DNA of 64,000 nt from Camelus ferus. Its lineage: Eukaryota. How positions within the stretch are numbered: position 1 is the first letter of the stretch; every line of letters begins with the position of its first letter. The translations under genes and the position numbers were made by a program. The DNA lies in assembly GCF_009834535.1 (NCBI RefSeq), contig NC_045697.1, forward strand, positions 5,582,001 to 5,646,000, given 5' to 3'. The notes under the pieces were generated by a model. It saw only the letters and a list, made by a program, of their open reading frames with translations. It was not told the DNA's origin and made no database searches. Of the stretch, positions 49,701-63,749 are shown piece by piece.

Positions 49701-52700
49701 GGGTCCCTCCAAATACTAGACCTCTTCTTACCTTGATAAAGGCAGTGTCACCTGGGATGGTTGGTGGCATGGTGGTTAAGAGCAAGGACTCTAGGCGCTA
49801 CTGCCTCCTGGTGTGTGACTTGTGGGCACATTACTCCACTGCATTTCCCGATCTATGTGATGGGAATAAAGTAGTATGTAACTTTGGAGGACAAGATTAG
49901 TAAAGCACCTGGAAAGTGCTTGGGACGTAGGAAAGTTTATGAAGTGTTTGGTAAATAAACATGGAAACCAATAAACACATGTGCCCTGCCTTTGTGCATC
50001 TGTCTGTCTCTCTGAGTTTACATACCTGCTGGCCAGTTAATCTGAAATCTAAAATTTGTTTATTTGGACTTAAATAATTTACTCTTCTGAAAACTCTGGT
50101 GGTTCCAGTGTAACAGTGCAAGTATCTGACTTCTTGAAGGTTTTCTAGGGTATTTAATTGGATTATTTTTTCTACTGGCTATTCATTTTACCTCTGATGT
50201 ACTTTTGTTTCTTCCATACTTCACATATTTTTAAATTGTTCCTAATAACCTCGTGGCATACAGCTTTCTCTTCCCTCTCTCTCTCTCTCTCTCTTTTTGT
50301 TTTTAGATACTCTTCCCCAGAATCATTCCTAAAGTTCTGGAATGCTCTGTTAGTTGCTCCCCCGCATTTTGGTCAGTTTCTGGCATGTTACTTTTAATCA
50401 GGCTACTTTTCTCATCCATCTGTAGGAATTGGCAATATTTTCAACTCCTCTCCATTATGGTCAGGAATATGAACTTGCTGTCTTTTCTTCTTCCTTTTGG
50501 ATTTTCCCAAGTAAATGTCTCGAACCGCTGATTAGATCTATGTGCCCACAATAACATAAGCAGGCATGAAACTTAAATCTGATTCGAAGGAGTGTTGTGC
50601 AGAGTCTGTCACTCCATTAAAGTCTCTTAGCGTCTAGGTTAAAACTGAACAGTATTCAGGGTGTGAGTCTGTTGTAGAATCTCTGACACTTGTTGAACCA
50701 GACACTGTGTGCGTTCATTTTTAAATAACGGGGTGGGTCACTTTTTTATTTATTATGAACACAAACACTGATGCTAACAAGTGACATGTGAAAGGAAAAC
50801 AGGCGATAGTGATGAAAACCATTTAATGATTAGTGAGGAAACAAATATTGCTTAATGAAAATAAAAACCATGTCTAAAGGGCCTAATGCTGACTTTTGGA
50901 AATATAACCATGTTGCGGTCTGTTGTGTACCCTCTGTCCTGTACAGTAGATATTGTTTAAAATTGCTTGGGAACTGGAGCTTGCAATTGTGAGCCTGGAA
51001 TGTCCTGCAGATAATTAAGTTGTGGTCAGGCTTTGGAAAAATAAAAAGTTCTCGAACTATGATTTTATAAACATGCTACAATAACATTTCTTTATATTTA
51101 ACAGTTTCTTATAGAAAGCTGATACTCTCATGAGGCATTGATTAAAGGTAAAACATCAAGAAAGAAAAAATATTAAATTAAAACTTCACTTAGGATGTTG
51201 ACAGTTGGCTTGTAATATTAAACAGATGTGTATGTTCCTGGGGATATTCTTCTTTCTGAACTGAATTGCTATGTTGTATTTTTTTTTTAATGACAACTAC
51301 AAATTTTTGATCAGTTAATAATTTTAAATGCCCTTTCTACAATCTTCTGTATTCTAACTTCATCTGTAGTTTGAGCCCTCGCAATGATATAATGATTGGT
51401 GAAACCTTTGCTGCCTCTTCTAAAGCCTTTCATTTTCTTTCCTTCTTCTTAAAGCTTAACTGGGCTCTTCTGATTTCGTGATGGATTCTTGAAGATTGAT
51501 TCCTTGAAATAATTTTAGGATCACAGAGTGGAATTCTACCCTTTTAGATTTATGTCTGTAGTTTACTTCTGTGTAAGTTTCACATTGGCATTTGAGTGCA
51601 CGAGTTGACCTCCATTGTGGTAATGTGTTTGTGTGGTCATTTGTAAAGGCTTCATGATACGTCCGTAGAGCCAGCCACGAAGATCGGCCTGTACCCCCAC
51701 GCTTTGGGGCCAAAGAATTGTCAGTGAGGGGACCTAAAGGAAGCCACACCATGGAGCAAAAAGAGATTCAGTAAATTCTTCTTTTTGCTTAGAAGAATTT
51801 TGCCATATTCGGCAAATAACATAGAGTCCAGTAAGGGCAGTGGAAGGGGTGGGGTGGGCCGGGAGGAGTGGGCTAGGTGGGTGGGTGGACTCTGGTAAGT
51901 AGAGGAGGAGTCAGGTCAGATTTTGTAGAATGAGGTGAAGACATTTTGCATCTTCAAAGATTCTTCATATCTAATCACAAGACTAGATAAGTTGTTCATT
52001 GTGTTTGGGCTGGTGAAATTTTTTAATTCTGAAGATCATTTGAATTGTAAGTCTGATATGTGGACATCTTAAGTTTCCTGAAAGATGTATTTCACTAGGC
52101 AGGAGTCTGATTAACCTGGAAGAACAGTTTAGTTGGTTTGGGTAGATTTATTTATCTTGGAACTATGTATTGTTTGCACAGTCTTCTTTTTGGAATCGGT
52201 GTTTTTTCTCTGCAGATTCCATTTGGGGAGCTCTGATTTGGGGCCTAGTATTTGGAAGGCACTTCCAATAAACACAAACAAAGACCCGCTAGACTGTCTG
52301 AATAAAGATAAAACATATTTTAGCATGCAAAACTTTAACCTCAAGAATAATGAATTTATTTTTAATAGCACAATATTTAACATGACTATTTGTTCTTTAT
52401 ACCTAATAATGTAAATAGTTTTTAAATATTCTAGAGTTTGATTTGGAAGCAAAGATTTTTTTTTTCTTTTAAAGAAGTGTATTTTTATATGAAAGGATTT
52501 GATGAGTATGCATTTCAGGTGTTCAACCTCTGCCGTTTTAGAATGAATTTATTTTGTGCGTGGGAGGAAGGAGAGCAAATTTCTGTGTTTGATGTCTTAG
52601 CGGATTTAATTGAATCATTGCCATATTCTGCTAGAAATTTGTGATGCTGATTAACGATACCCTTTTGGAAAGAGTTGGGAACCTTGAGCTATGTGCAAAA

Positions 52701-55700
52701 ATGCTACATAAATTTAACATAATTTGTTATTCTAGAAAAAGCCATCCATTTCAGTGTAAGAATCTGAAGAGCGGTAAAGCATGTCTGTTAGGTTCCTATC
52801 GGTCAGCTTGTTTCAGAGCTTTGTATTATTTCATTCCAGTTTTGCTGTGAAGGAGTGTTATAAATATTTTAAATAGCTCTCTCTAACCAGAATTAATAAT
52901 AACAGATTTAAGTAGAAAATGCCGTTTCATTTTACCATTATTACTGCATCATAAGATAACTCTCTGTAAATGATATTCTTTCGCAGATATCTTGGCCTGG
53001 CTCACCAAGCCTAATTTCAGTATTATGCCTGACTTAGCGGTAAGCTGCTGGGATCAGCTACAGGGAATCGGATTGGGTAGGCTTTACTTTCTGTGTCAGT
53101 GAGGTATTGCCGTTTCTCCCACCCCTGAGTTACAAAAGCACAGTCTTCGTATTGTTTTTCAGTTTTAATGTTTAATAACTATCTTGGGGAAAGGGAAAGT
53201 GGGAAGTTTTTCAGCATAGATGATGATGAAAGAATTCTACTATTTGAATTACTTTCATCTTTTAAAACTTTGATTTGAGCGTCCCCTTTTCTCTGTATAG
53301 TGCTTGGATCTTCTCATCTGTTTCACAGATAATGAGTTTGGTTCTATTAGGGAGAAAGGAGTGCATCATTAGTGTTTGCAGCATTAATTCTATGAACTTT
53401 TAAGTTACTCATTTGGGAATGAAGACACTCATTAGTCCCTAGTGGTCTGAAATGGGAAATGCATCTCCTGAAAATTCCGTTAGAACTGTAAACTTAACAT
53501 TTGATAAAAAATAAAAATGTCAGCAATTTTCGGTAGGCTGATTGGCTTGTGTCCTTTGAGCTACAGTTGAAGTCACTTATATTCTTACTGAAAATAGATA
53601 AACTACATATAAAACCTTGGGAACTAGATTAACACCTGTGTTTCAAGCCGCTTAGGAAATGGAGGAAAATTCTGTAAATGCTTGTATAAATGCTAAGTAG
53701 ATAGAGAAAAATCTGTCAGAAGTTTTCTTTTTGCCATTTCTTTGTTAGCTTTATCATGCTTAATTTTTGTGAAAATAATGTGTTTGTTACTGTGGTCACA
53801 CCGTGATTTAGCTTTGGCTTATGTATGATATTTTATTGTCCCTGTCCTGGAAAATTATAGCAGTTTTTATGAGGAGTGGTTTGTGGGTTCACACAACCCA
53901 CTTGGAGTGCCATTTACTATAATTCTCTTCTAAAAGGACCATAAAACATCATGTAAATTGTTTAAAAAGGGAAAGGCCTTTTTTGAAAAAGGCTGAGAAG
54001 AAATCTTTCCAGACTTTCTTTTGTTTCTTTTACTTAGTTTCACAATTTTAAGCTCTATTTAAAGCATTAATGTTAAGAAATAAGTGCTCATGTATGTGAG
54101 TAAAGATGGTTGTGAGCTAGAGGTTGGCGGAAACCGGGTGTTGATGCAGAATAATTTGTATCAAATTCATTGCAATATTTTAAAATGTGTTTTCTGTGAC
54201 TTTGGAAATGAAATTAAGGAAGAAAGGAAGAGAGAGAAGGAGGAAGCAATAAGGGAAGGAAGGAATGATGGAATTAATTCATAACATGTCTGTCTTTTTA
54301 AAAAAACCCTTACGTTTGTTCTCTTATGTAGTTGTTGTGTGTCTGTAGTTGACAGTAAGGCACAGTTTTTGGTAACCAGTCTTGTGAAACGCATATTTAA
54401 ATTCACAAGTAAATTCATCTAGGGAAACTTCCCTCCTCGGCAGTTTTACCATTTCAGTTGGCTTGTGGCACTCAGTTTACATACAGCCTTACGAAGAAAG
54501 CATAAAACAGCACGGTAACAAGGCCAAAGTTCTGTCATGGCTTTGTGTACAAATGCCTTATTCCGATATTATCTTGGTTTTGTGTCTGAGCTCTATGGAG
54601 AGCAAGGAAGGAAATTGTTAATAATTTTCTACAGCATTTACGTGGTACTCTGAGCTTCTAGTCACTTAGTACAGATGTATCTTCTGTTTAGGAAATTTTA
54701 ATAAGAAAGTCCATACATACGTAAAATATAAAATAGAGCCAGCTGTTCATTTTGCATAAAGATGTAACAAATATAATAGATTTAATTTTAAAAACTACTT
54801 CTTAGTACATGTGAGATTATTATAGCTGGAACAACATTCACAGGAACTCTTGTAAATGAAATGATAGCTGCATTCATAAAAATAGTGATATAAACATTTG
54901 TCTTTGCGAAATTTTCTCTTCTATTCAAATTAGTGTGTTTTAAAAAAGCACCAGATTATGTGTGATTTAGAAACTCCTTGGTTTTGTGACAGGAGGAGAT
55001 TATAAGTAAATTATATTTATGTGTCTTGTGGAGAGGATCAGTAAAGTTGCTAAATTTTCTCAAACATGGCTGTAAATCTTTGTCTAAGTATAAATACTTC
55101 TATTTGCATGTGTAATTTCATAAAGAATACCAGCTTAGGTTCTATTATGTGACTGTAAATTCCCCTTCTCCACCTGTGTTAACACATACACACATATATA
55201 CACATAAAACCAGCTTCCTAAAATATCAAAACTTTCTGGAATTATGTCTTACTCTGTACTTTCTTTTTCTATTTTTTTTTTTTTTTTTTTTTTTTGCTCT
55301 TGAGGTGTTTCTGTACTATCAGGATCACAGCCAACCAGAGTGAATCTGGGGACTAGAAAATGAAGGAGATTTAAAAAGAAACAGAGTCTAATATGACGTT
55401 GTGAAAGGTGGGAAGGAGGTGAAGCCTGTCCTGACGGGCCTGGAGCCTCGCTGCCGCTGGTACAGAACCGCCCTTGGCCTTACAGCTCTTCTCGGGGCTC
55501 TTTTGATGGAGTTGGGAGCCTGTATGACCAACTCTTGAGTCCGAGAATTTACTTTCTGTGGTTATGTGTACTAGGCAAAGAAGACTTTTTGTGGCATTTT
55601 AACTAAAGGTATTAGTTATGCCACAGATTTTCATAATTAAAAATTTTGTGTCTAGTTCTACTGACTAAATTGTTTTAACATGAGATGTTTGGAAATAGGA

Positions 55701-58700
55701 GAGACAGGACACTGAAGGGACCGAATACCGAATTCTCCGAGTTAGATATTATTTTCCACTGTGAATTTATAACATGTTGCAGTATAATGACATTATTATT
55801 GTAAGTGATATGGAATACTATGTTTCAGGACTTTATTTTTTTAGATTAGGAAATAATTTTTCATTTTTTGTGTTTGCACAGACAACATACTTCCTAGTCA
55901 TTTACAGTTATTAAATAAAAATGCATAGGATTTGAGTCAAGTATGTGTTATCATGTTTTATAAATTATTCAGTTGCAAGGAATCTAAACTTACTTTGTTT
56001 ACAACTTTTGTCCAAAATGTTGATATTTCCTTCTTTCTGTTTTTCACCTGAGTCAGAAAATATTTTTTCATGGACTTTAGATGACACTGAATCATTTGTT
56101 ATTAAATAGCTAAATTTTTTTCTTGCATGAAAATCTTCATCAATATGACCGGTTCCTGTCGGAGAAGGGGCACAATTTTTCAGTTTTTTCCCCCAAAACT
56201 GCAACTTCAGAAAATATGTAAGAGATGTAGCAATTAACCTACATGCACATTTATAATACTAGAAAATGGGCAGCTAGTTACATTCAAAGACAGGATCTGA
56301 TAGGCCCAAATTGCTTAAAACATCACAGTTATTGAAGATATACCCCAGGGAATTTGAGAAACCATTTAACAGATGAAAGTACATTTTGAAAAGTCTGACC
56401 TTACAGGCAATCATAAAATGAATCAAAACAGTGCTTTTTCCCCCTGAAATGTACAGAGCCCATCTGTGTCTAATCCAGTAATTATAGACTGTGTTCAATT
56501 ACCTTTTCAAACTTGGAGCAGACTGGAGACTAGGCAGTGAACAAACATAGGGTTTTGTCTAGACCTCAATTGACCACAGTCTAAAACTTGAATTTATATC
56601 TAATTTTATTTTTTGTTTGGGTTGATAGTTCTTAAGGATTCATTTTTGCTACTTGGTGTTTTACCTTTTTAGATTTGAGATACTGCCTTTTCTCATCACA
56701 AAAGTGTTTGTGTCACTGATAGCTTATGCTGTAATCATATGTTTGTTTTCTGAATACTTTTGTCTGCAAATCAATAATTTGTGCTGGAGAAAAGACTGCA
56801 TGGAGTGGGGGAGGGAATTATGCCCGTGAGTAGTATTTTTTAAAAGTAGCCTTTAAAATGTTGCTGCTGACTGTAACTCTTTTTTATGTGCTAGGAAAAA
56901 ATAATTTATTTTCCACTTAAACTTAGAAAACTATAGTTAAGGTCATTGTTAGTTGCTTTGTACACTTAAGATGTTTTTTAAAATATGTGTAAACTGCTAA
57001 AACAAATCTTTCTTTTATCAAGTATATCTTACAGTTGTTTTTCTCTTTACACATTTTTATTACATTTGCTCATCAAGCTGATATCCGCTGTAAGTACAGT
57101 GTATAGTATTCAAAATCCACTTGAAACCATTTCTCTTTAAGTCAGTTTATGACTTGATGAATCTTTGTGTGAGAATTAACCACGAATCGCCACAGCCGGT
57201 TCAAAATATTTAAATTTTATACAGGAATCTTGGCAATTCAGGTTTTCCTTAAAACACAAAACAAACAAAGGATGACCACAGTTTTTAGAATGCTTAAGCA
57301 ATAGGCAAAGCTCTTTCCCCCATTATTTAGTATTCAAGTCCTTCACATTCCATTTAGCATTGAAAACCAGCGTTTTGAGGTATTTATTGGATGTAATCAT
57401 TGCATATTGGACCATGAATTTTTCTAGAAACTTTACAGCCATCCCCAGTAGGCTGTACTACTCTTTTTTTTTTTTTTTTTTAAGTTGTGTTCATTTAGTT
57501 CTTAACCATTCTAGGGAAGTTTTCAAGATTTTGTCATGGGGGGAGAAGTAGTTTTATTTGGTTGCATGAATGAACTTTGAGAATTATATGGGGAAAATGA
57601 AACTTAAAGAGAATTGCAAATACCTTATGCTTATTGTTTCCAAGAGACATTTGCTCAAGAACACTAGGACAGTATGATATCTTTACCTCCCTCCTGTCCC
57701 CATGCTTCTGAGCATCTTCATAAAGAAGGTGAAAGACTTGTCTAAGGAGGAACTTGAGAGACCCTTTGGATCCTGTCTCATTCACTCCCTTCTCTAACCC
57801 ATTTAAAATGTTCTTGTTCCTATCTCCACTCAGTTTCAGAGACCAATACCCCCTCCTAGTTCCTGCTTTCATTATGTGATGTTTGGGTCACTGAGGCTAC
57901 CTCCTTCATGGCACTTAACATGGCATGGATTTTTATATTTGTTTGTTAACCTGTTTAATGCCACTCCCATTGGACTGCAAGCTCCTTCACATCAAAGGCT
58001 GGTTGTGTGTTATGTTCTCCTGTTGTATCCCAGCATCAGAAACAACGCCTGGCTTGTGGCAGGGGCTCACTCCTTGTTGACTGAATGATGGATGAATGCA
58101 CTGTCTGCCTTTCATCCCGTTCTCCCTGGCTTAGTCACCATGTCCCTGCTCTTTCCCAGATCATCCAAGCCCCTCTTAACCCAGGGCTAGTCTTTCTTTC
58201 CTTTTCTTTTTGTGCCATTTCATCATATAAATCTTACTTCCCTCACCAAGTGACTCCAGCCATGCTGGTGCCCTGCCCTGAATACCCTCCACCATTTTCC
58301 CCTCAGCCAGCCAGTTACTCATCTTTTTAAAAAGTGATCCACTCCTCAGAAGCATTATTGCTCCTAGCTCCACCTTCTCTTATGTAGTTGTGCTTGCCTG
58401 GTACTTGCACTTGGTTGAACACAGCCTTAGAGAAGTTATATTTTTATGGTTGAGGACATTGCTTTATGATCTGTTGATGTAGACCTTCTGGACTGTGTTA
58501 TGGGACTCACATGAGGTCCAAGTATGTGAATAACAGCTAGTATTTCTTTAAAGCGTTCCAGTTTGCCAGTCATTTTCACTTGATTCTCACAATCCTTTTA
58601 GGAAGGCCTCTGCGTTTTAGCAAGAAGAGTAAGAGACATGAACTTCAGGGAACCCAAGTCGACTTGACTGAGTCACAAACCCCAAAGTGACAGGACAGAA

Positions 58701-61700
58701 ATTCAGATCAGGGTTTTGTCACTCTAAACCCTATATTCTTTCTGGTACATTTTATTTATAAGTTTTATTTTTATATACAATCTGGACACAGAAAATTGTA
58801 TTGGTTTGTTCATTGGTTGCAGTGATGCAGCCCATTGTTATGTCTGTTGCATCATTTACAGAACTCACTGCAGCTGTTGACTGTTTGTCTTCCACACTTT
58901 TGCTTCTTGAGGACACTGACAACAACATATTCGATTTTCAGTCCACAGTGTGTGGTCATGGTAGAAACGCAAAAAAAAATGTATGTTGAATGAATATAGT
59001 GAGTCAAGTGAAAGAAAAGAAATGCAATCAAAGATAAATTAACGAATATAGAGAATATCTAAAATATTGGGCTAATGTAAAGACAGTACAGTGTGGTGGT
59101 TAAGACAAGAGAGGCTAGAATCCAGTCTGCCAGGTTTCAAGCCCCAGCTCTGGCACTTTCTGGCTATGTGACCCAGGCAAGTTACTTTACCTCTGTGCAT
59201 CAGTTTTCTCATCTGTGAAATGGGGATTATTATAGTACCTGCCTCATAGGGTTGTTAATATAGATATACTTAGAGTAGTGTCTGGCTCATAGTAATGCTC
59301 AACAAATATTAGCTTTTATTAAATAGACTGCATAGGGCCACTTAACCATAAAGATAGGCATTCATAAATAAATATAAACATCCCTGATAATATATAACAA
59401 TAAAAACACTAAGGAGTTGTTGCAGTAATATGGGTGGCTAAAGCTGTGTGAGGTCAGCACAAGACTGCTTCGTGGAGGAGGTGACTACTGAACATTGAGT
59501 ACAGAAGAACGTTCACTCAGCAAAACATGTGCAGCACTGCCTGTGCAATCTGCCTTGTGGATGTATATGATGTCTGTATATTCCACAGGTCAAGTTTAGA
59601 GGAGCATGGTGCTACCAGATGCCCCTTTAGTGAGGAGCTAAGGACAGTTTCTTAGACGTGCCCTCAGAGAGTAAAGGATACAGCTCAGAATATCCTGAAT
59701 CCCGAGGAGGAGAAAATTCTGATTAAATAATTGGCTAAGTAACATGCAGCACAGAAACGACCAGAGGTTTGACCATGTGAATTTCTTATCATGTAGAGAA
59801 TAGTTTTCATTGACGAGTTAGTTGAGAAGCCAGGTCGGAGGTGCTTAAGATGAGATAAATAGATGTCTTAAAAAAAATCAGGACGAAGTAGAGCATCCCT
59901 TCAGGGTCCTTAGCAGTGAAAGACAAGAATGAGAGATCTTTAAAAGGTAATGAAAAGCACATCCAAATAACATCGACGCTCTCTCTTTTTGCCATAACCA
60001 AATAACTGAGAGAAATAACTTTATTTTCATTTATCACCTGAAATGTTTTCAAATGAGAACAGTGATAGAATGAATTTTGTTCACAATGTCTCTGTTTTCC
60101 ATTGAAGCTGCACTGTCTGTTGCTGTGCTGAACAAATTGATTGCTTAACTTGTGGTAATAGTTATGCAACTACTTTCCCCATCTGTAGTGAAAAGATTGA
60201 GAAACATTTCTTTGATTTGTATATCTACAAGTCTCTCTGATTTTACAGAGTAGCCTTGCAGAAATGACCACTCAAAAAACAGTTATTGAACACTTTCAAA
60301 GTGCTGCTTTTGATACAGTGACGTCATAACATACAAGTCCTGGCCTCATGGATTTTGAAGTGTGAGGGCTGATCATCATGTCTCCTTTAGACTGGATTCT
60401 CTCCCTCAGTGGAAGCTGGACTCTCACAGTTCTCCCTCCAGTATTGACTTACGTATTTGCATGGTTTTCTCCCAGGTCCTCAGTGTCTTTATCACACACC
60501 TGTCCTCAGGTTGAAATGAAAAAAAAATCATGTCATTTATAAAAGCAATGATTGAACATCAGTCTTTTATAGGAAAAGATAGAAGTTTATGGTTGTCTAA
60601 TCACAGCCAATTAGCATGTTACTACTACATCAGCAAAGAGCCATCCCAGACCTCTGGCTCTGCAGTGAAGACGTGGGGGTCCTGGGGTACTTTTTCCCAT
60701 CAAACTATTAAGAATCTTGTTGGTTATTTTTTTTGTTGAGTGTCTATTTAAAATATAGAAATGTGATTTTTTTTGCTAACATTGGGATTTTGGAGATTTA
60801 CAAGGTGCCACATTTAAGTAATCTACTGGTGGACTTTGAATATATTACTATTCCTGTGTGTTGCTGGCGAACGTAGTCCGAAAACCAATTCTATCACAGT
60901 AAGATTCAGGAACATAGCAGAGAGGTCCTGATTCCCATGAAGCTGACTGAGATGGCTGTGCAGGCTGAACCACCGCCCACCACACTTTACTGCTTCAAGC
61001 CTTTCTCTCTGGCCTTCCTTTGTGATTGGCTCCTGGCTCTATGAAGGGCCCTTAGTCTGGGACAGAGTTATAATCAAGTGTTTGAGCCAGCTCTGTGGGG
61101 GTCACAGGTGGATGGGAAACCCTGAGGGCTCTGGCCTGCCTAAGGCAAAGCTGGGGTTTGGGATCTAGGCTCCTGCTGATCTCTACTCTCAAGGTATAGG
61201 TGCTTCTCAATTAACATAGAATATCATTTCTTGGATTTGCTATTTGGGAGGACCAGGGAAAGATTTCCTGTCTTAGTCTTTTGGGAAAATTGAAACATTT
61301 TTTTTAAACTTAGACTGCTTCCTTCGTTAAATTTTGAATTGAATTTGTTCATGTCTGTTTGATGTGTATATTATCATATTCCTGGATTTTATTCTTGAAC
61401 CCAGTTGGAAAGTTTCAAAGCAAACATTTGGTTTTCTGTTAGCCCACAAATTGGGCAATGGTTGTTCAATTATGGTCTTCCGTTGACTTAGGCAGAGTCA
61501 CATGTTAAAAGTATATTTTGCTGGGAGCCCACAAAGCATACCAACTGTCAGTCCTTTGTCATGTCTGACTGTGGGCAGTAATATTATAGTAATAGTAATA
61601 TTCCAAAACTTCATTTGTGAATTACTTAAATGTGTCATCTAGAAATTCACTTTAAAATACATCAGTGACAAAACAGCCATGCATAGGTAACATGTCCTCT

Positions 61701-62188
61701 GCCTCCCCACTTACCTAAAAACCATAATGGTCTCCCAGTGGACTCAGGTGCTTCCTAGAATACCTAACTCACAAATGTGCCTCAAATGTAGAAAAGCAAA
61801 TCCAGTTCAATATTATGAAGGAATATTGATTTCCTGACTATTTGCTGTATGTAGCTTATTATTCAGTATTCAATGGTTGTGGTGGATGCCTGTTTTTCAG
61901 TCGCAGACCATCTTCTGTCAACAACAGCTCCTTTCTCCTTTTGGGAACTGACACCGCCTCTGACTTCAAAGACAGGTATCAGACTCAAATCAGGACAATA
62001 AGAATCCTTCCCTAAGATTTTTTAAAAATTGGAATTTGAGAAGAGTCATTCTTTGTCCAGAGGCCTGGATTTTAACAAATAAAAAGAGCTCTTGGTGGCC
62101 ATGTTCCCACTGCTGAGCTGCACTGAGAAAATTAAAGCTAAAATGCAGAGGAAAAAGGAATCAGAACTCAAGGAAGCTCTAGAGGGAT

Positions 62189-62642
62189 TTTTTTTTAATT
62201 AAAAATTTTATTTTTAATTGAAGGATAGTTTACTTACAATATTAGTTCAGGTATACAACATAGTGACTTGATATTTTTATACGTTACACACCATGCAAAG
62301 TTTTTACATTATTGGCTAGACTCCTCTGTTATGCATTACATCCCCGTGACTTATTTATTTTATAACTGATAGATTGTACCTCTTAATCCCCTTCACCTAT
62401 TTCACCCCTCCCCCGACCTTTCTCCCCTCTGGCAACTACTAGTTTGTTCTATGTATCTGTGAGTCTATTTCTGTTTTGCTGTATTTGTTTGTTTTGTTTT
62501 TTAGATTCCACATATAAGTGAAAACATGTAGTATTTGTTTTTCTTTGTCTGACTTACTTCACTTAATATGATAATCTCTAGATCCAACCATGTTGCTGCA
62601 AATGGCATTATTTCACTCCTTTTTGTGGCTGAGTAATATTCC
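62189..62642 (-). mobile_element. Older L1 (L1MA9/10-like) 3' end
   Basis: Poly(T), caggtatacaacatagtga, gtacctcttaatccccttcacc, ttagattccacatataagtga. Confidence 0.85.
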
Positions 62643-62683
62643 TTATATGTATGTGTGTGTGTATATATATATATATACACACA

Positions 62684-63145
62684 GTGGAATACTACTCAGC
62701 CATAAAAAAGAGTGAAATAATGCCATTTGCAGCAACATGGTTGGATCTAGAGATTATCATATTAAGTGAAGTAAGTCAGACAGAGAAAGACATATCATAT
62801 GGTGTCACTTATGTGTGGAATCTAAAAAAATGACACAGATGTACATATTTACAAACCAGAAGCAGATTCACAGACACAGAAAACAAACTTATGGTTACCA
62901 AAGGGGAAAGAGGGGGTAGGGATAAATTAGGAGTTTGGGATTTGCAGATGCTAACAACTATATTTAAAATAGATAAACAACAAGGTCCTACTGTTAGCAC
63001 AGGGAACTATATACAGTAGCTTGTAATAACCGATAATGAAAAAGAATATATATCTATATATCTATATCTGTGTCTGAATCACTATGCTGTGCACCAGAAA
63101 CTAACATAACATTGTGAATCAACTATATACTTCAATCAAAATAAA
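62684..63145 (+). mobile_element. Cetartiodactyl-type L1 3' end
   Basis: MPFAATWLDLEIIILSEVSQTEKD; caaacttatggttaccaaagggg; agcacagggaactat; ends caatcaaaataaa. Confidence 0.88.
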
Positions 63146-63445
63146 TTTGTGGGATGCAGCAAAAGTAGTTCTAAGAGAGAACTTGATAACAATACAGGCC
63201 TACTTCAGGAAACAAGAAAAGTCTCGAATAAACCACCTAACTTGACTCCTAAAGGAACTAGAAAAAGAAGAACAAAGCAAGTGTCAAGTCAGTAGAAGAA
63301 AGGAAGTAATAAAGTTCAGAGTGGCAATAAATGAAACAGAGACCAAAACAGACAAACAAACAATAGAAAAAGATCAGTGAAACTATGAGCCGCTTTTTTG
63401 AAAAGATAAATCAAAGTGATAAACCTTTAGCTAAACTCACAGGAG
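63146..63445 (+). mobile_element. L1 ORF2 internal fragment (post-endonuclease)
   Basis: Remnants LWDAAKVVLR, LKELEKEEQ, SRRKEVIK, FFEKINQSDKPLAKL. Confidence 0.85.
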
Positions 63446-63518
63446 AGTTTTAAATACCCACTTCCAATTGTTTCAGAGGTCCAGCTGAATCTTGGCCCTT
63501 CCATGTTTGACATTAAAC

Positions 63519-63749
63519 CAGTGGGTTTCAGCCGGGAGCAGTTTTGCCTCCAGGGGATATTTGGTGATGTCTGGAGACGTTGTTTGGTCTTCACTGCTAG
63601 GGCGCTGCTACCGGCATCTAGAGGGCAGAGGCCAGGGAAGCTGCTAAACCTCCTACTCTGTGCAGGGCAGCTCTGGCTCCCAAAGTAATTCCCCACAGCA
63701 AAGAGTTACCTGACTCAAAACGTCAGTAGGGCTTAGGTTGCTAACACTG
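63519..63749 (+). mobile_element. MER20-like hAT-Charlie MITE
   Basis: cagtgggtttc...ttttgcctccaggggatatttggtgatgtctggagac...ggcatctagagggcagaggccaggga.gctgctaaac. Confidence 0.85.

Noticed and set aside
51575..51600. tttcacattggca resembling the start of STX18 exon 2
   Set aside because: No acceptor context, and the translation does not continue as KLRDFLLEHRK
62189..63445. Single twin-primed (5'-inverted) L1 explaining the minus 3' end plus the plus-strand ORF2 fragment
   Set aside because: The pieces are kilobases apart in L1 coordinates and no shared TSD was found; not excluded but unsupported
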